37,461 nucleotides of DNA from Chlorobiota bacterium. Its GTDB lineage: Bacteria; Bacteroidota; Bacteroidia; Flavobacteriales; Flavobacteriaceae. This document shows positions 26,062-37,461 of this stretch, piece by piece. The stretch is taken from the NCBI GenBank assembly GCA_013153655.1, contig JAADEB010000050.1, positions 1 through 37,461 of the forward strand, given 5' to 3'. The position numbers and the translations under genes were made by a program. The notes beneath the pieces are model-generated. The model ran no database searches. It was not told the origin of the DNA and was given only the letters and a program-made list of their open reading frames with translations. Within the stretch, counting starts at the first letter, position 1; the number at the start of each line of letters is the position of its first letter.

Positions 26062-26241
26062 TTATTTTTCTTCTACTTTAACCAAATGTTTCACTTTATT
26101 GATCATGCCTTGAATCTGCGGCGTCAGTTCGAATTCTCGCGATTGACCGATCTTGCGCAATCCCAAGGCTTCCATGGTGCGTTTTTGGGATTGAGGGCGC
26201 TTGATGGTGCTGCGGATTTTGGTAATTACAACTTTCTTCAT
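26062..26241 (-). CDS. rpmD: 50S ribosomal protein L30
   Basis: Hand translation gives MKKVVITKIRSTIKRPQSQKRTMEALGLRKIGQSREFELTPQIQGMINKVKHLVKVEEK* (59 aa). It is just under the ORF-track cutoff and lies between rpsE and rplO. Confidence 0.93.
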   Translation of the reverse strand: MKKVVITKIRSTIKRPQSQKRTMEALGLRKIGQSREFELTPQIQGMINKVKHLVKVEEK

Positions 26242-26254
26242 CTGCTTGAATTTT

Positions 26255-26779
26255 TTATCCGTTAAATACCTTGCTTACTTTGATGCCGCGCTGACGGGCC
26301 ACCGTAAGCGGATCACGCATTTTCAATAAGGCATCCATGGTGGCTTTGACCACGTTGTGCGGGTTCGACGAACCCAAGGATTTGGTCAATACGTTGTGGA
26401 TACCCGCCGATTCCAGTACGGCACGAATGGCGCCGCCGGCGATAACCCCGGTACCTTCCGAGGCCGGCTTGATCAGTACGCGCGCACCTCCGTACTTACC
26501 GTATTGTTCGTGAGGAACGGTGCCTTTGAGTACGGGTACTTTTACCAAATTTTTCTTGGCGTTTTCCAATGCCTTTTGGATGGCGTCGGGCACTTCTTTG
26601 GATTTTCCCACGCCGAAGCCGACGATACCGTTACCGTCGCCTACCACTACAATGGCGGAAAAACTGAACGTACGACCCCCTTTGGTTACCTTCGTAACAC
26701 GATTCACCGCCACCAAGCGGTCTTTCAGGTCAAGGGATGCCGGATTTACTCTTCTTACTCCTTTATATTTGTCTAACAT
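26255..26779 (-). CDS. rpsE: 30S ribosomal protein S5
   Basis: The 174-aa product reads [42 protein letters not shown]. Confidence 0.97.
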   Translation of the reverse strand: MLDKYKGVRRVNPASLDLKDRLVAVNRVTKVTKGGRTFSFSAIVVVGDGNGIVGFGVGKSKEVPDAIQKALENAKKNLVKVPVLKGTVPHEQYGKYGGARVLIKPASEGTGVIAGGAIRAVLESAGIHNVLTKSLGSSNPHNVVKATMDALLKMRDPLTVARQRGIKVSKVFNG

Positions 26780-26782
26780 AGC

Positions 26783-27139
26783 CTAAAATTTTAAACCTCC
26801 TTTACGTGCTCCTTCGGCCAAAGCCTTGATGCGTCCGTGATAAATATGCGTTCCGCGGTCGAATACGACCTTGTCGATGCCTTTTTCCAAAGCGATTTTG
26901 GCGATTTTCTCACCCACCATGGCGGCTTTTTCGCTTTTGGTTCCGCTTTGGGCGGCAATATCCTTGTCGCGCGAAGAGGCGGCGGCCAAGGTATGTCCTT
27001 CGTCGTCGTTGACGATCTGAACGTAAATGTCCTTGTTGCTGCGGAATACCACCATACGAGGACGCTCGGCCGTACCGCTTATTTTCTTCCGTATTCTTCT
27101 ACGGACCCGTTTTGCTTTTTCGATCTTAGTTAATCCCAT
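26783..27139 (-). CDS. rplR: 50S ribosomal protein L18
   Basis: The 118-aa product reads [30 protein letters not shown]...[28 protein letters not shown]. Confidence 0.97.
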   Translation of the reverse strand: MGLTKIEKAKRVRRRIRKKISGTAERPRMVVFRSNKDIYVQIVNDDEGHTLAAASSRDKDIAAQSGTKSEKAAMVGEKIAKIALEKGIDKVVFDRGTHIYHGRIKALAEGARKGGLKF

Positions 27140-27149
27140 ACCTTAAATT

Positions 27150-27692
27150 TTATGCTGTTTTACCCGCTTTACGTCTGATTTCTTCGCCTACATAGCGTAC
27201 GCCTTTGCCTTTGTAAGGTTCGGGCTTGCGCATCGAACGGATTTTGGCGGCCACTTGACCCACCAACTGCTTGTCAAACGATTTGAGCTTGATGATCGGG
27301 TTTTTACCTTTTTCCGAAATGGTTTCCACTTGGATTTCCTTGGGCAATTCAAAGAGAATGTTGTGGCTGAATCCCAACGAAAGGTCCAAAATATTGCCTT
27401 GGTTGCTGGCGCGGTAACCCACACCCACCAATTCCAATTCCTTGGTCCAACCTTCCGAAACGCCTTTCACCATATTGTAGATGAGGGAACGGTAGAGACC
27501 GTGCATGGATTTATGGTGTTTGGATTCCGACAGGCGTTTTACTTTCAACGTATTCCCTTCGATTTCCAAGTCCACGTCCACAATCTTTTGTTTCAATTCA
27601 CCCAAAGGGCCTTTGACGATAAGCATATCGCCGTCGCGTTTGATTTCCACGTTGGCCGGAATCTCGATGGGTTTAAATCCTATTCGTGACAT
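27150..27692 (-). CDS. rplF: 50S ribosomal protein L6
   Basis: The product begins MSRIGFKPIEIPANVEIK and contains VGVGYRA. It is 180 aa. Confidence 0.97.
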   Translation of the reverse strand: MSRIGFKPIEIPANVEIKRDGDMLIVKGPLGELKQKIVDVDLEIEGNTLKVKRLSESKHHKSMHGLYRSLIYNMVKGVSEGWTKELELVGVGYRASNQGNILDLSLGFSHNILFELPKEIQVETISEKGKNPIIKLKSFDKQLVGQVAAKIRSMRKPEPYKGKGVRYVGEEIRRKAGKTA

Positions 27693-27707
27693 AGTTTCTT
27701 CCTTTTA

Positions 27708-28106
27708 TTAATAAACGTAAGCTATTACTTCGCCGCCTACGTTTTCGCGGCGTGCTTTCTTGTCCGTCATAATCCCCTTGGAGGTGGAAATAATGGCAAT
27801 ACCCAAACCGTTCATCACTTTGGGCAATTTGTCCACCGGGGCGTATTTGCGCAAACCGGGCGTACTCACCCGCTTCAATCCTTTGATGACCGGCTCACCG
27901 TTTTCATCGTATTTCAAAGCGATTTTAATCACTTTGTGACCTTTTTCGTCTTCCTCCACTTTGTATTTCAGGATATAACCCTGATCATACAAAATGTCGG
28001 TAATGGCCTCTTTGATTTTGGACGAAGGGATGCGAACCACCCGGTGTCCGGCCATTTGTGCATTCCGTATTCTGGTTAAATAATCTGCAATAGGATCTGT
28101 GTGCAT
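27708..28106 (-). CDS. rpsH: 30S ribosomal protein S8
   Basis: The product begins [21 protein letters not shown] and is 132 aa. Confidence 0.97.
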   Translation of the reverse strand: MHTDPIADYLTRIRNAQMAGHRVVRIPSSKIKEAITDILYDQGYILKYKVEEDEKGHKVIKIALKYDENGEPVIKGLKRVSTPGLRKYAPVDKLPKVMNGLGIAIISTSKGIMTDKKARRENVGGEVIAYVY

Positions 28107-28118
28107 AATCTTAATTTT

Positions 28119-28388
28119 TTACCAACTTGCTTTCTTTACTCCCGGAATCAGGCCTTGGTTGGCCATTTCGCGGAAGGTTACCCTGGATATACCGAACAGG
28201 CGGATGTATCCGCGCGGTCGTCCCGTGATGCTGCAACGGTTGTGGTACCGTATGGGCGATGAATTTTTGGGAAGCTTTTGCAGGCCTTCCCAATCGCCGG
28301 CTTCTTTCAAGGCACGACGCTTTTCGGCATATTTTGCTATCAGTTTCGCACGCTTGCGTTCACGTGCTTTCATGGATTCTTTGGCCAT
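28119..28388 (-). CDS. rpsN: 30S ribosomal protein S14 (long, non-zinc form)
   Basis: The 89-aa product reads [24 protein letters not shown]...[24 protein letters not shown] and has no CxxC pairs. Confidence 0.96.
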   Translation of the reverse strand: MAKESMKARERKRAKLIAKYAEKRRALKEAGDWEGLQKLPKNSSPIRYHNRCSITGRPRGYIRLFGISRVTFREMANQGLIPGVKKASW

Positions 28389-28394
28389 ATTCTC

Positions 28395-28946
28395 TTATTT
28401 CTTTTTAAATGGTAAACCTAATTTTTCCAACAAAGCTAATGCTTCCTTATCCGTATCGGCCGAAGTAACGAAGGTGATGTCCATACCGGCGATACTGTGG
28501 ATTTTATCGAAATCGATTTCCGGGAAAATGATTTGTTCGTTGATTCCCAAGTTGTAATTTCCGCGTCCGTCGAATCCGTCGCGTTTGATACCTTGGAAGT
28601 CGCGCACACGGGGCAGGGCCACGGTGATGAGGCGATCCAGGAATTCGTACATACGGTCGCGGCGCAAGGTTACCTTGGCACCGATGGGCATCCCGCGGCG
28701 AAGTTTGAAGGCGGCCACGTCGCGCTTGGCGATGGTGGGCACGGCTTTCTGACCGGCGATGGCCGTCAGTTCTTCTACGGCATGATCCACCAATTTCTTG
28801 TCTTGGGTGGCTTTACCCACTCCGCGGCTGATGACTATTTTTTTCAACCGGGGCACTTGCATCTTGTTCTTATAGCCGAACTCGTTCATCAACTCGTCGA
28901 TGATGCGTTCCCGGTATTCTTTTTTCAATCTCGGTTCGTAATTCAT
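28395..28946 (-). CDS. rplE: 50S ribosomal protein L5
   Basis: The 183-aa product reads [40 protein letters not shown]. Confidence 0.97.
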   Translation of the reverse strand: MNYEPRLKKEYRERIIDELMNEFGYKNKMQVPRLKKIVISRGVGKATQDKKLVDHAVEELTAIAGQKAVPTIAKRDVAAFKLRRGMPIGAKVTLRRDRMYEFLDRLITVALPRVRDFQGIKRDGFDGRGNYNLGINEQIIFPEIDFDKIHSIAGMDITFVTSADTDKEALALLEKLGLPFKKK

Positions 28947-28949
28947 GGC

Positions 28950-29273
28950 TTAAAATTCTTCTCCTGTTTTTTTGGAATATCGCTTCTTGTTTCCGTTCTC
29001 GTCGAACCGGTAACCCACGCGCGTAGGTTCTCCGGACTTGGGATCCACCAACATCACGTTGGAAATATGTACCGGAGCTTCTTTTTCCACCAAACCGCCT
29101 TCGGGATTTTCGGCCGTCGGCTTCACACGCTTGGTGATGATGTTCACTCCTTCCACGATCACGCGGTCCTTGCTGCGGATAATCTTCAACACTTTACCTT
29201 TCTTTCCCCGGTCTTTACCCGACATCACTTGGACCGTATCACCCGTTTTTATTTTGAATTTTTTCATCGTCAT
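28950..29273 (-). CDS. rplX: 50S ribosomal protein L24
   Basis: The 107-aa product reads KIKTGDTVQVMSGKDRGKKGKVLKI (KOW motif). Confidence 0.96.
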   Translation of the reverse strand: MTMKKFKIKTGDTVQVMSGKDRGKKGKVLKIIRSKDRVIVEGVNIITKRVKPTAENPEGGLVEKEAPVHISNVMLVDPKSGEPTRVGYRFDENGNKKRYSKKTGEEF

Positions 29274-29281
29274 TTGTTTTT

Positions 29282-29650
29282 TTACAATACTTCGGGAGCC
29301 AAGGAAATGATTTTGGTAAACTGTTTTTCACGCAACTCGCGGGCAACGGGACCGAATACACGGGTTCCGCGCATTTCGCCTTGCGCGTTCAACAACACCA
29401 CGGCGTTGTCGTCGAAACGGATGTAGGATCCGTCTTTGCGACGCACTTCTTTTTTGGTACGTACCACCACGCCGGTGGAGATTTGACCTTTTTTGATTTG
29501 GCCGTTGGGCGTGGCTTGTTTCACCGTCACCACCACTTTGTCGCCGATGGAAGCGTAGCGCTTGCGCGTACCTCCCAACACACGAATCACCAAAGCTTCC
29601 TTGGCACCGGTGTTGTCGGCTACTTTTACTCGTGTCTCTTGTTGTATCAT
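29282..29650 (-). CDS. rplN: 50S ribosomal protein L14
   Basis: The product begins [27 protein letters not shown] and is 122 aa. Confidence 0.97.
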   Translation of the reverse strand: MIQQETRVKVADNTGAKEALVIRVLGGTRKRYASIGDKVVVTVKQATPNGQIKKGQISTGVVVRTKKEVRRKDGSYIRFDDNAVVLLNAQGEMRGTRVFGPVARELREKQFTKIISLAPEVL

Positions 29651-29651
29651 C

Positions 29652-29915
29652 TTACTTAGCTCTTTCGATTATTTCTACAATTCTCCAACGTTTCTTTTTG
29701 CTCAAAGGCCGCGTCTCCATGATGCGCACTTTGTCGCCGACTTTGGCCTCGTTTTTCTCGTCGTGTGCCATGTATTTCTTCGTACGAAGCACGAATTTAT
29801 GGTATTTGGGATGCTTTACCCGTTTGGTTTCGGTAACCACTACGGATTTGTCCATTTTGTCGGACGTTACGATCCCCACACGTTCTTTTCTCAGATTTCG
29901 TTTTACTTGTTCCAT
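29652..29915 (-). CDS. rpsQ: 30S ribosomal protein S17
   Basis: The 87-aa product reads [34 protein letters not shown]. Confidence 0.96.
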   Translation of the reverse strand: MEQVKRNLRKERVGIVTSDKMDKSVVVTETKRVKHPKYHKFVLRTKKYMAHDEKNEAKVGDKVRIMETRPLSKKKRWRIVEIIERAK

Positions 29916-29923
29916 GCTTTTCG

Positions 29924-30115
29924 CTATTTAAGACCTCTTGCGTTTTTTTCCGTGAGCAACCGGGCAATAGTGCGGCGCAATTCCCTCAGTTCCAAAGGAT
30001 TTTCCAAGGGTTGTACCTTGTGCAATATTTTCAATTGCTCGTATTTCTTTTTCAAGTTCCGGATTTGTTCCAGCAAATCGGCGTCGTCCAATTGTCGTAT
30101 TTCTTGCATTTTCAT
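29924..30115 (-). CDS. rpmC: 50S ribosomal protein L29
   Basis: The 63-aa product lies between rplP and rpsQ and reads [14 protein letters not shown]. Confidence 0.93.
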   Translation of the reverse strand: MKMQEIRQLDDADLLEQIRNLKKKYEQLKILHKVQPLENPLELRELRRTIARLLTEKNARGLK

Positions 30116-30121
30116 CGTCTC

Positions 30122-30544
30122 TTATTTTTTAGCAATTTCAGGCGCCATGATAAATTTGGTACGTACCGGTAATTTTTGAGCCGCCAAGCGAAGTGCTTCG
30201 CGGGCGATGTCTTCCGGCACACCGTCGATTTCGAACAATACCCGGCCGGGTTTTACCACGGCGGCCCAGTATTCCACGTTACCTTTACCCTTACCCATAC
30301 GTACTTCCAAAGGTTTTTTGGTGATGGGTTTGTCCGGGAAAATTTTGATCCACAATTGGCCTTCACGTTTCATATAACGCGTGGCCGCCACACGGGCCGC
30401 TTCTATCTGGCGCGACGTGATCCAAGCGCTGTCCAAGGACTTGATGCCGTACATCCCGAAGGCCAAACGGTGGCCGCGTTGGGAATTTCCTTTCATCCGT
30501 CCTTTTTGCTGCTTGCGGTATTTATATTTTTTCGGCTGTAACAT
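30122..30544 (-). CDS. rplP: 50S ribosomal protein L16
   Basis: The product begins [19 protein letters not shown] and contains [12 protein letters not shown]. It is 140 aa. Confidence 0.97.
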   Translation of the reverse strand: MLQPKKYKYRKQQKGRMKGNSQRGHRLAFGMYGIKSLDSAWITSRQIEAARVAATRYMKREGQLWIKIFPDKPITKKPLEVRMGKGKGNVEYWAAVVKPGRVLFEIDGVPEDIAREALRLAAQKLPVRTKFIMAPEIAKK

Positions 30545-30556
30545 AATTCCTGGTTT

Positions 30557-31267
30557 TTAGCGTCTGCGTGATCTTCTCGAACGTTTTTTCTCCGACTTGG
30601 TGAAGCCGATAAGCGGATTCAAATCGCGCTTGCCGTACACTTCGCCTTTCATGATCCACACCTTCACGCCGATACGGCCGTAGGTGGTATGCGCTTCTTC
30701 CAATGCATAATCGATGTCGGCACGGAAGGTGGAAAGCGGCACGCGGCCGTCCATGTAGGTTTCCGTACGGGCCATTTCGGCGCCGTTCAAACGGCCGGCG
30801 ATTTGCACCTTGATACCTTCGGCCTTCATGCGCATGGTGGAAGCAATGGCTTGCTTGATGGCGCGGCGGTACGAAATACGGTTTTCGATCTGGCGGGCAA
30901 TGTTTTGGGCCACCAAAGTGGCATCCAATTCCGGACGTCGAATTTCGTAAATGTTGATTTGCACGTCCTTACCCGTCAGTTTTTGCAATTTCTTTTTCAA
31001 TTCGTCCACTTCCTGACCGCCTTTGCCGATGATAATACCGGGACGGGCCGTGGTAATGGTCACCGTAATCACTTTCAGGGTACGGTCGATATAGATATGC
31101 GAAATGATGTTGCTCTTGGCTATTTTCCGGATTTCGTTTTTGATGAATTCGCGGATTTTATAGTCTTCGGCAATTTTGTCGGCATAATCTTTACCTCCGA
31201 ACCACATGGAATCCCAACCTTTGATGATTCCCAAACGGTTTCCTATCGGATTAGTCTTTTGTCCCAT
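30557..31267 (-). CDS. rpsC: 30S ribosomal protein S3
   Basis: The product begins [23 protein letters not shown] and is 236 aa. Confidence 0.97.
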   Translation of the reverse strand: MGQKTNPIGNRLGIIKGWDSMWFGGKDYADKIAEDYKIREFIKNEIRKIAKSNIISHIYIDRTLKVITVTITTARPGIIIGKGGQEVDELKKKLQKLTGKDVQINIYEIRRPELDATLVAQNIARQIENRISYRRAIKQAIASTMRMKAEGIKVQIAGRLNGAEMARTETYMDGRVPLSTFRADIDYALEEAHTTYGRIGVKVWIMKGEVYGKRDLNPLIGFTKSEKKRSRRSRRR

Positions 31268-31271
31268 ACAA

Positions 31272-31673
31272 CTAATTATTAATTTTTTCTCCCAATTCCA
31301 ATGTAATATGGCTCATACGCTTACGGATACGGTGTGCACGGCCTTGCGGCGCGGGTTGGATCCTTTTGAGCATTCCGGCTTCACCCACTTGGATGGATTT
31401 GATGTAGAGGGTTACATCGTCCAGGGCTTTGTCCGGATTCTTTTGTTCCCAATTGTTGATGGCGCTCACCAACAATTTTTCGATATAAGCCGCACTGGCG
31501 TTGGGCGTAAATTTCAAGATGGCCAATGCTTTGTTCACTTCTTTGCCGCGAACAAGGTCGGCTACCAAACGGGTCTTACGGGCCGATATACGGTGGTTGC
31601 GCAACGATGCCGTCACCTTCGACCGTTTTTCTTCTTTGAGGCGTTGAGCCATTTCTCGTTTTCGTCGTCCCAT
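31272..31673 (-). CDS. rplV: 50S ribosomal protein L22
   Basis: The 133-aa product reads [28 protein letters not shown]. Confidence 0.96.
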   Translation of the reverse strand: MGRRKREMAQRLKEEKRSKVTASLRNHRISARKTRLVADLVRGKEVNKALAILKFTPNASAAYIEKLLVSAINNWEQKNPDKALDDVTLYIKSIQVGEAGMLKRIQPAPQGRAHRIRKRMSHITLELGEKINN

Positions 31674-31675
31674 AA

Positions 31676-31957
31676 TTATCGTTTTTTACCTTTGTTTTTG
31701 GCACCTGCATGTCCGCGGAAAGTACGCGTGGGCGCAAATTCTCCCAATTTATGTTCCACCATGTTCTCCGTGATATAGACGGGAATGAATTGCCGTCCGT
31801 TGTACACGGCGATGGTTTGTCCGATAAAATCCGGCGTAATCATCGATGCGCGCGACCAGGTCTTGATAACGTCCTTACGTCCCGATTCGATGTTTTTGCG
31901 GATTTTGCGTTCCAATTTATAATGAACGTACGGTCCTTTTTTTAATGATCTCGCCAT
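31676..31957 (-). CDS. rpsS: 30S ribosomal protein S19
   Basis: The product begins [15 protein letters not shown] and contains [15 protein letters not shown]. It is 93 aa. Confidence 0.97.
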   Translation of the reverse strand: MARSLKKGPYVHYKLERKIRKNIESGRKDVIKTWSRASMITPDFIGQTIAVYNGRQFIPVYITENMVEHKLGEFAPTRTFRGHAGAKNKGKKR

Positions 31958-31960
31958 AGC

Positions 31961-32785
31961 TTATTTCTTTCTACGTTCCAGAATGTATTTGTTGCTGTAT
32001 TTCTTCTTATCCCGCGTTTTGTAACCTTTGGCGGGGATACCTTTACGCGAACGGGGATGACCGCCGGACGCACGTCCTTCACCACCACCCATGGGGTGAT
32101 CCACCGGGTTCATGGCCACACCGCGCGTACGGGGACGACGTCCCAACCAACGCGAACGGCCGGCTTTACCGGATTGTTCCAATTGGTGGTCGCTGTTGGA
32201 TACCACGCCGATGGTGGCCATACCCGAGGCCAACACCAGGCGGGTTTCACCCGAAGGCAATTTAATCACCACATACTTGCCTTCCTTGGCCATTAATTGG
32301 GCAAAGGTTCCGGCACTGCGGGCGATGGCGCCTCCTTTTCCGGGTTTCATTTCGATGTTGTGGATAATGGTACCCAAAGGAATGTTTTTCATGGGCATGG
32401 CATTACCCACTTCGGCGGGCACCTTCTCACCGCTGATAATGGTGTCGCCTACTTTGATTTCGGAAGGGGCGATAATATAACGTTTCTCACCGTCGGCATA
32501 AACCACCAGGGCGATGAAAGCCGAACGGTTGGGATCGTATTCGATGGTTTTGACCGTAGCCGGAATGTCGAATTTATTGCGTTTGAAATCGATAATACGG
32601 TACCGGCGTTTATGTCCACCGCCACGGTAGCGCATGGTCATACGGCCTTTGTTGTTGCGGCCGCCGCTGCTTTTCTTGGGCGCCAACAGGGATTTTTCGG
32701 GCTTATCGGTGGTTAAAGCCGAAAAATCGTTGACGATGCGGAACCGCTGACCGGGCGTGGTAGGTTTTAATTTTCTAACTCCCAT
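31961..32785 (-). CDS. rplB: 50S ribosomal protein L2
   Basis: The product begins [15 protein letters not shown] and contains [18 protein letters not shown]. It is 274 aa. Confidence 0.97.
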   Translation of the reverse strand: MGVRKLKPTTPGQRFRIVNDFSALTTDKPEKSLLAPKKSSGGRNNKGRMTMRYRGGGHKRRYRIIDFKRNKFDIPATVKTIEYDPNRSAFIALVVYADGEKRYIIAPSEIKVGDTIISGEKVPAEVGNAMPMKNIPLGTIIHNIEMKPGKGGAIARSAGTFAQLMAKEGKYVVIKLPSGETRLVLASGMATIGVVSNSDHQLEQSGKAGRSRWLGRRPRTRGVAMNPVDHPMGGGEGRASGGHPRSRKGIPAKGYKTRDKKKYSNKYILERRKK

Positions 32786-32790
32786 TTTAC

Positions 32791-33078
32791 TTATGCATTA
32801 TAAAAATCGATACTTTGTCCTTCTTCCAATTGTACGATAGCTTTTTTGTAAGCTCCTTGTTTACTCTCCTGCAAACCGCGTTTGGTGTATTTCACCTTGG
32901 TTTTGGCAGGATATATCATGGTCCGAACCGAAACGACTTTAACGCCGTACAAATCCTCCACGGCTTTTTTGATTTGCAATTTGTTGGCATGCAAATCCAC
33001 GATAAAACCGTAGCGGTTGTATTTATCGGTCTGATTGACCATTTTTTCCGTTAATACAGGACTTTTGATGATTCCCAT
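32791..33078 (-). CDS. rplW: 50S ribosomal protein L23
   Basis: The 95-aa product lies between rplD and rplB and reads [22 protein letters not shown]. Confidence 0.95.
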   Translation of the reverse strand: MGIIKSPVLTEKMVNQTDKYNRYGFIVDLHANKLQIKKAVEDLYGVKVVSVRTMIYPAKTKVKYTKRGLQESKQGAYKKAIVQLEEGQSIDFYNA

Positions 33079-33085
33079 TTCCTAA

Positions 33086-33715
33086 TTATTTTTTAAGAAT
33101 CGCTTCGATTTGCGCAACGGCGGGTTCGGAAAGGATGATGTTTTCCGTATTCAGGATAACATAAGTATTTAAATCCGAGCCTCTTACAATCTTAACCGTC
33201 GGCAAATTGCGCGATGACAAATATACGTTATTTTTTAATTCATCCAACACAATCAGGGACTTAGCATCGGCGGCCTCCAAATTTTTCAGAATTTTGATAA
33301 ATTCTTTGGTTTTGGGGGCTTCCATATCAAAGTCTTCCACGACCTTGATTTTTCCCTCTTTCATCATGGCGCTCAACGCCGACTTACGAGCCAGGCGTTT
33401 GAGTTTCTTATTCAGTTTGAACCCGTAGTTGCGCGGGCGCGGTCCGAACACACGTCCACCGCCGCGGAACAAAGGGTTTTTGATGGAGCCGGCACGGGCC
33501 GTACCCGTTCCTTTTTGGCGCTTGATCTTCTTGGTGCTACCGGCCACTTCGCCACGTTCCTTGGCTTTGTGGGTACCTTGACGTTGGTTGGCCAAGTATT
33601 GTTTCACGTCCAAGTAGATGGCATGCTCGTTGGGCTCGATACCGAAAATGTCGTCGGACAATTCGATGGTACGTCCCGTATCTTCTCCTGTAATGCTATA
33701 TACTTTCAGTTTCAT
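33086..33715 (-). CDS. rplD: 50S ribosomal protein L4
   Basis: The 209-aa product reads [32 protein letters not shown]. Confidence 0.97.
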   Translation of the reverse strand: MKLKVYSITGEDTGRTIELSDDIFGIEPNEHAIYLDVKQYLANQRQGTHKAKERGEVAGSTKKIKRQKGTGTARAGSIKNPLFRGGGRVFGPRPRNYGFKLNKKLKRLARKSALSAMMKEGKIKVVEDFDMEAPKTKEFIKILKNLEAADAKSLIVLDELKNNVYLSSRNLPTVKIVRGSDLNTYVILNTENIILSEPAVAQIEAILKK

Positions 33716-34335
33716 TACTTCTTGATTATTAAGTACGATTTCTTGTGTCCGGGAACACTTCCTTTTACGATCAGCAAATTCTTTTCGGGAATCACCTTCA
33801 TCACTTTCAGGTTCTGAACGGTTACGCGTTCGTTACCCATGCGACCGGCCATACGCATTCCCTTAAACACACGCGAAGGGTCGGCCGAAGCGCCGATGGA
33901 ACCGGGCGCACGCAAACGGTTGTGCTGGCCGTGGGTGGCTTGACCCACACCGCCGAAACCGTGGCGTTTTACCACGCCTTGGAATCCCTTTCCTTTGGAA
34001 ATTCCCGATACGTCCACAAATTCTCCTTCGGTAAATACGTCTTCAACGCGGATTTCGTCACCCGGTTGATACTCTTTTTCAAAACCTTGGAATTCGACTA
34101 ACTTCTTCTTGGGCGTAACACCGGCCTTATCGAAATGTCCTTTCAAAGGCTTGGTGGTACGCTTTTGTTTTTTGTCATCGAAACCAAGTTGCACGGCTTC
34201 ATACCCATCCTTGTCCTTGGTTCTGACTTGGGTAACATAGTTGGGACCGACCTCGATGACGGTCACGGGAATGTTCTTCCCGTTTTCGTCAAAGATGCTG
34301 GTCATCCCGATTTTTCTCCCAATTAATCCTGGCAT
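33715..34335 (-). CDS. rplC: 50S ribosomal protein L3
   Basis: The product begins [15 protein letters not shown] and contains [13 protein letters not shown]. It is 206 aa, and its stop shares 1 nt with the rplD start. Confidence 0.97.
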   Translation of the reverse strand: MPGLIGRKIGMTSIFDENGKNIPVTVIEVGPNYVTQVRTKDKDGYEAVQLGFDDKKQKRTTKPLKGHFDKAGVTPKKKLVEFQGFEKEYQPGDEIRVEDVFTEGEFVDVSGISKGKGFQGVVKRHGFGGVGQATHGQHNRLRAPGSIGASADPSRVFKGMRMAGRMGNERVTVQNLKVMKVIPEKNLLIVKGSVPGHKKSYLIIKK

Positions 34336-34346
34336 AACTTTATTGA

Positions 34347-34652
34347 TTAGATTTTAATTTCAACATCCACTCCGCTGGGCAATTCCAATTTCATCAACGC
34401 ATCCACCGTTTTGGGTGTGGAACTGTAAATGTCCAACAAACGTTTGTGCGTATTGAGTTCGAATTGCTCACGCGATTTTTTGTTTACGTGCGGCGAACGC
34501 AAAACCGTAAAAATCCGTTTTTTCGTAGGCAACGGAATGGGTCCGTTCACTACGGCTCCGGAATCTTTTACGATTTTCACAATTTTTTGGGCGGATTTGT
34601 CCACCAAATTGTGATCGTACGATTTCAGTTTGATACGAATCTTTTGCGCCAT
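34347..34652 (-). CDS. rpsJ: 30S ribosomal protein S10
   Basis: The product begins [25 protein letters not shown] and contains [28 protein letters not shown]. It is 101 aa. Confidence 0.97.
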   Translation of the reverse strand: MAQKIRIKLKSYDHNLVDKSAQKIVKIVKDSGAVVNGPIPLPTKKRIFTVLRSPHVNKKSREQFELNTHKRLLDIYSSTPKTVDALMKLELPSGVDVEIKI

Positions 34653-34662
34653 GTCTTAAATT

Positions 34663-36753
34663 TTATTCGTTTTCTTTCTTAATTACTTCTTCGGCCACAT
34701 TGTCCGGTGCCGGTGCATAGTGCGAGAATTCCATCGACGACGTAGCACGTCCCGAGGACAAAGTACGCAACACCGTCACGTATCCGAACATTTCCGACAA
34801 AGGCACGTGGGCCTTGATCACTTTGGCTCCCGAACGGTCGTCCATGCTCAGCACTTGGCCGCGACGACGGTTCAGGTCACCGATAATATCACCCATGTTT
34901 TCTTCGGGTGTCACCACTTCCAGCTTCATAATGGGTTCGAGCAATATGGGATTGGCCTTGCGGGCGGCTTCCTTGAAACCGAGCTTGGCGGCCAATTCGA
35001 AGGAAAGCGAATCCGAATCCACAGGGTGGAACGAACCGTCCTTCAAGGTTACCTTCATGCTTTCCACCTCGAAACCGGCCAAAGGACCGGATTTCATGGC
35101 TTCCTCGAATCCCTTCTGAACCGAAGGTATGTATTCGCGAGGAATGTTTCCTCCCTTGATTTCGTTGACGAATTCCAATCCGCTTTTACCTTCCTCCGCG
35201 GGTTCCAGAGTGAAGATAATGTCGGCAAACTTACCACGACCACCCGTTTGTTTCTTGTACACCTCGCGGTGATCCACGGGCGTGGTCAAAGCTTCCTTAT
35301 ATTCCACACGCGGTTGGCCTACGTTCACGTCAACCTTGAATTCCCGTTTCAAACGATCAACAATGATTTCCAAGTGCAATTCACCCATACCGGAAATAAT
35401 GGTCTGTCCGGTGCTTTCGTCGGTTTTTACTTGGAAGGTAGGGTCTTCTTCGGCCAATTTGGACAGGGCCATACCCAATTTGTCCATATCGGCTTTGGTC
35501 TTGGGCTCCACGGCAATACCGATCACCGGATCCGGGAAGTCCATGGATTCCAAAATAATGGGATGCTTTTCGTCGCAAAGCGTATCACCGGTTTTGATAT
35601 CCTTGAATCCCACGCCGGCACCGATATCTCCGGCACCGATTTTGTCGATGGGATTTTGCTTGTTGGCGTGCATTTGGTAGATACGCGAAATACGCTCTTT
35701 CTTACCCGAGCGCGTGTTGAGCACCGTGGAACCGGCGTTCAATATACCGGAATATACGCGGAAATAAGCCAAACGTCCCACATAAGGATCCGTGGCAATT
35801 TTGAAAGCCAGGGCCGTAAAGGGATCGTCGTAGCTGGGCTTGCGGTACACCGTTTCACCCGTACGCGGGTCGGTACCTTCGATGGCTTCGATATCCACGG
35901 GCGAAGGCAGAAAACGCACAACGGCGTCCAACAATGCCTGAACTCCCTTATTCTTGAAGGCCGAACCGGCCAACATGGGAATAATCGACATGTCGATGGT
36001 GGCCGCACGCAAGGCGGCGATGATTTCGTCTTCGGTGATGGAATCTTCGTCTTCGAAGAATTTTTCCATCAGGTTTTCGTCATATTCCGCCACGGCTTCG
36101 ATGAGCTTGGCGCGGTATTCTTCCACCGTGTCCACCAAATCTTCGGGAATGGGCACCACTTCGTAGGTCATCCCTTTGTCTTCCTCGTTCCAGATGATGG
36201 CTTCTTTGGTAATCAGGTCCACCACGCCTTTGAAATCGGCTTCGTCGCCGATGGGCACTTGCAGCGGAACCGCATTACCGCCGAGCATTTCCTTTACTTG
36301 GCGAACCACATTAAAAAAATCGGCGCCTTGACGGTCCATCTTGTTGACGAATCCTATTCGAGGCACCTTATACTTGTCGGCTTGTCGCCATACGGTTTCG
36401 GATTGGGGCTCCACACCGTCCACGGCGCTAAACAAAGCCACCATACCGTCCAACACCCTGAGCGACCGCTCCACTTCCACGGTAAAGTCCACGTGACCGG
36501 GCGTGTCGATGATGTTGATTTGGTATTTCTCACCGCGGTAGGGCCATTCGCAACGCGTGGCGGCGGAGGTGATGGTAATACCGCGTTCTTTCTCCTGTTC
36601 CATCCAGTCCATGGTGGCGGCTCCTTCGTGTACTTCGCCGATTTTGTGCGAAATACCCGTGTAGTAGAGAATCCGCTCCGTGGTGGTGGTTTTTCCCGCA
36701 TCGATGTGTGCGGCAATACCGATATTTCTTACTTTCGTTAAGTCCTTTACCAT
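34663..36753 (-). CDS. fusA: elongation factor G
   Basis: The 696-aa product has the GTPase motifs [20 protein letters not shown] and NKMD. It lies between rpsG and rpsJ. Confidence 0.97.
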   Translation of the reverse strand: MVKDLTKVRNIGIAAHIDAGKTTTTERILYYTGISHKIGEVHEGAATMDWMEQEKERGITITSAATRCEWPYRGEKYQINIIDTPGHVDFTVEVERSLRVLDGMVALFSAVDGVEPQSETVWRQADKYKVPRIGFVNKMDRQGADFFNVVRQVKEMLGGNAVPLQVPIGDEADFKGVVDLITKEAIIWNEEDKGMTYEVVPIPEDLVDTVEEYRAKLIEAVAEYDENLMEKFFEDEDSITEDEIIAALRAATIDMSIIPMLAGSAFKNKGVQALLDAVVRFLPSPVDIEAIEGTDPRTGETVYRKPSYDDPFTALAFKIATDPYVGRLAYFRVYSGILNAGSTVLNTRSGKKERISRIYQMHANKQNPIDKIGAGDIGAGVGFKDIKTGDTLCDEKHPIILESMDFPDPVIGIAVEPKTKADMDKLGMALSKLAEEDPTFQVKTDESTGQTIISGMGELHLEIIVDRLKREFKVDVNVGQPRVEYKEALTTPVDHREVYKKQTGGRGKFADIIFTLEPAEEGKSGLEFVNEIKGGNIPREYIPSVQKGFEEAMKSGPLAGFEVESMKVTLKDGSFHPVDSDSLSFELAAKLGFKEAARKANPILLEPIMKLEVVTPEENMGDIIGDLNRRRGQVLSMDDRSGAKVIKAHVPLSEMFGYVTVLRTLSSGRATSSMEFSHYAPAPDNVAEEVIKKENE

Positions 36754-36767
36754 TTATCCTGTTGTTT

Positions 36768-37244
36768 TTAGAAACGGAAATGTGAAAATGCTTTGTTGGC
36801 CTCGGCCATTCGGTGCGTATCCATTTTTTTCTTCACGGCAGCGCCTTCTTCCTTGTAAGCGGCCAGAATTTCGCCGGCCAGCTTTTGCGGGAAAGTTTTT
36901 TCGTTACGGGCGCGCGCATATTTGATCAGCCATTTCATGGCCAACGATATCTTGCGGTCCGGACGAATGGGCATGGGAATTTGGAAGGTGGCACCACCGA
37001 TACGGCGGCTGCGTACTTCCACGTGGGGCATCACGTTTTCCAATGCCGTTTTCCACACTTCCAAAGCGCTTTTTTCTTCGTCCTGTTTTTTCTGCTCCAC
37101 TATATCCAAGGCATCGTAGAACAACCGGAATGCCAGGGATTTCTTACCCTCCCACATCAGGTTGTTCACGAAACGCGTTACCAGCGGATCGTTGAACTTG
37201 GGATCGGGTGCGAGAATTCTTTTCTTGGGTTTTCCTTTTCTCAT
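36768..37244 (-). CDS. rpsG: 30S ribosomal protein S7
   Basis: The product begins [27 protein letters not shown] and contains [16 protein letters not shown]. It is 158 aa. Confidence 0.97.
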   Translation of the reverse strand: MRKGKPKKRILAPDPKFNDPLVTRFVNNLMWEGKKSLAFRLFYDALDIVEQKKQDEEKSALEVWKTALENVMPHVEVRSRRIGGATFQIPMPIRPDRKISLAMKWLIKYARARNEKTFPQKLAGEILAAYKEEGAAVKKKMDTHRMAEANKAFSHFRF

Positions 37245-37264
37245 CGTGTCAATGTTTTAATCAA

Positions 37265-37461
37265 TTACTTCTTAGGGCGTTTGGTTCCGTACTTGGAACG
37301 TCGTTGTTTGCGTCCTTCCACGCCGGCGGTATCCAACGCACCACGGATGATGTGGTAACGTACGCCGGGAAGGTCTTTTACCCTTCCGCCTCTCACCAAT
37401 ACTATCGAGTGCTCCTGCAAGTTGTGTCCTTCGCCGGGAATGTATGCGTTCACTTCGTTGC
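37265..37461 (-). CDS. rpsL: 30S ribosomal protein S12 (C-terminal part; runs off right edge)
   Basis: The product reads ...[61 protein letters not shown]. The M in the ORF track is an internal GTG, and the frame stays open to the window edge. Confidence 0.95.
   Translation of the reverse strand, partial: NEVNAYIPGEGHNLQEHSIVLVRGGRVKDLPGVRYHIIRGALDTAGVEGRKQRRSKYGTKRPKK

Noticed and set aside
34720-36741. 673-aa ORF antisense to fusA
   Set aside because: It overlaps EF-G almost end to end. The translation is rich in G, H, R, V and F, with none of the features of a real protein. This is the classic stop-free antisense frame of a highly expressed, codon-biased gene.

Overview
This is a chromosomal segment from a Bacteroidota-type genome. 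The evidence is TAnnTTTG -7 promoter boxes 18-26 nt upstream of start codons with no Shine-Dalgarno sequences, a T9SS C-terminal sorting domain, a str operon without tuf, and the Bacteroidota order of the dcw cluster.

Layout, left to right:
- 5' part of a long-chain acyl-CoA ligase gene (minus strand, runs off the window).
- A secreted DUF2147 protein.
- A 13 kb division/cell-wall (dcw) cluster on the plus strand: mraZ-rsmH-ftsL-ftsI-murE-mraY-[MurD remnant]-ftsW-murG-ftsQ-ftsA-ftsZ, then a GatB/YqeY gene.
- A visibly AT-rich islet of about 0.8 kb with two small overlapping ORFs, one of them a DUF2335-like membrane protein.
- tRNA-Arg(UCG).
- On the minus strand: a 714-aa leucine-rich-repeat (LRR) protein with a T9SS sorting tail, a DUF937 protein and enolase.
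- An uninterrupted str-S10-spc-alpha ribosomal super-operon of about 16.5 kb on the minus strand: rpsL-rpsG-fusA-rpsJ-...-secY-infA-rpmJ-rpsM-rpsK-rpsD-rpoA-rplQ. I translated rpmJ and rpmD by hand because they fall below the ORF-track length cutoff.

I see no CRISPR array, transposase, integrase, rRNA or recognisable defence or toxin genes. Most of the window is core housekeeping.

The observations that deserve a second look:
- The murD slot holds only a 178-aa ORF homologous to the MurD C-terminal domain, and murC is missing from the murG/ftsQ junction.
- The low-GC two-gene islet lies beside the tRNA.
- A triple 10-bp-periodic TGG(T/G) direct repeat lies on the mraZ promoter (candidate MraZ operator).
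- A G-tract heptamer array and an untranslated tract of about 225 nt ending in a strong terminator lie downstream of the DUF2147 gene.
- Several perfect palindromes lie in promoter regions.

All functional calls rest on reading the translated sequences and on motif memory. No database search was possible.
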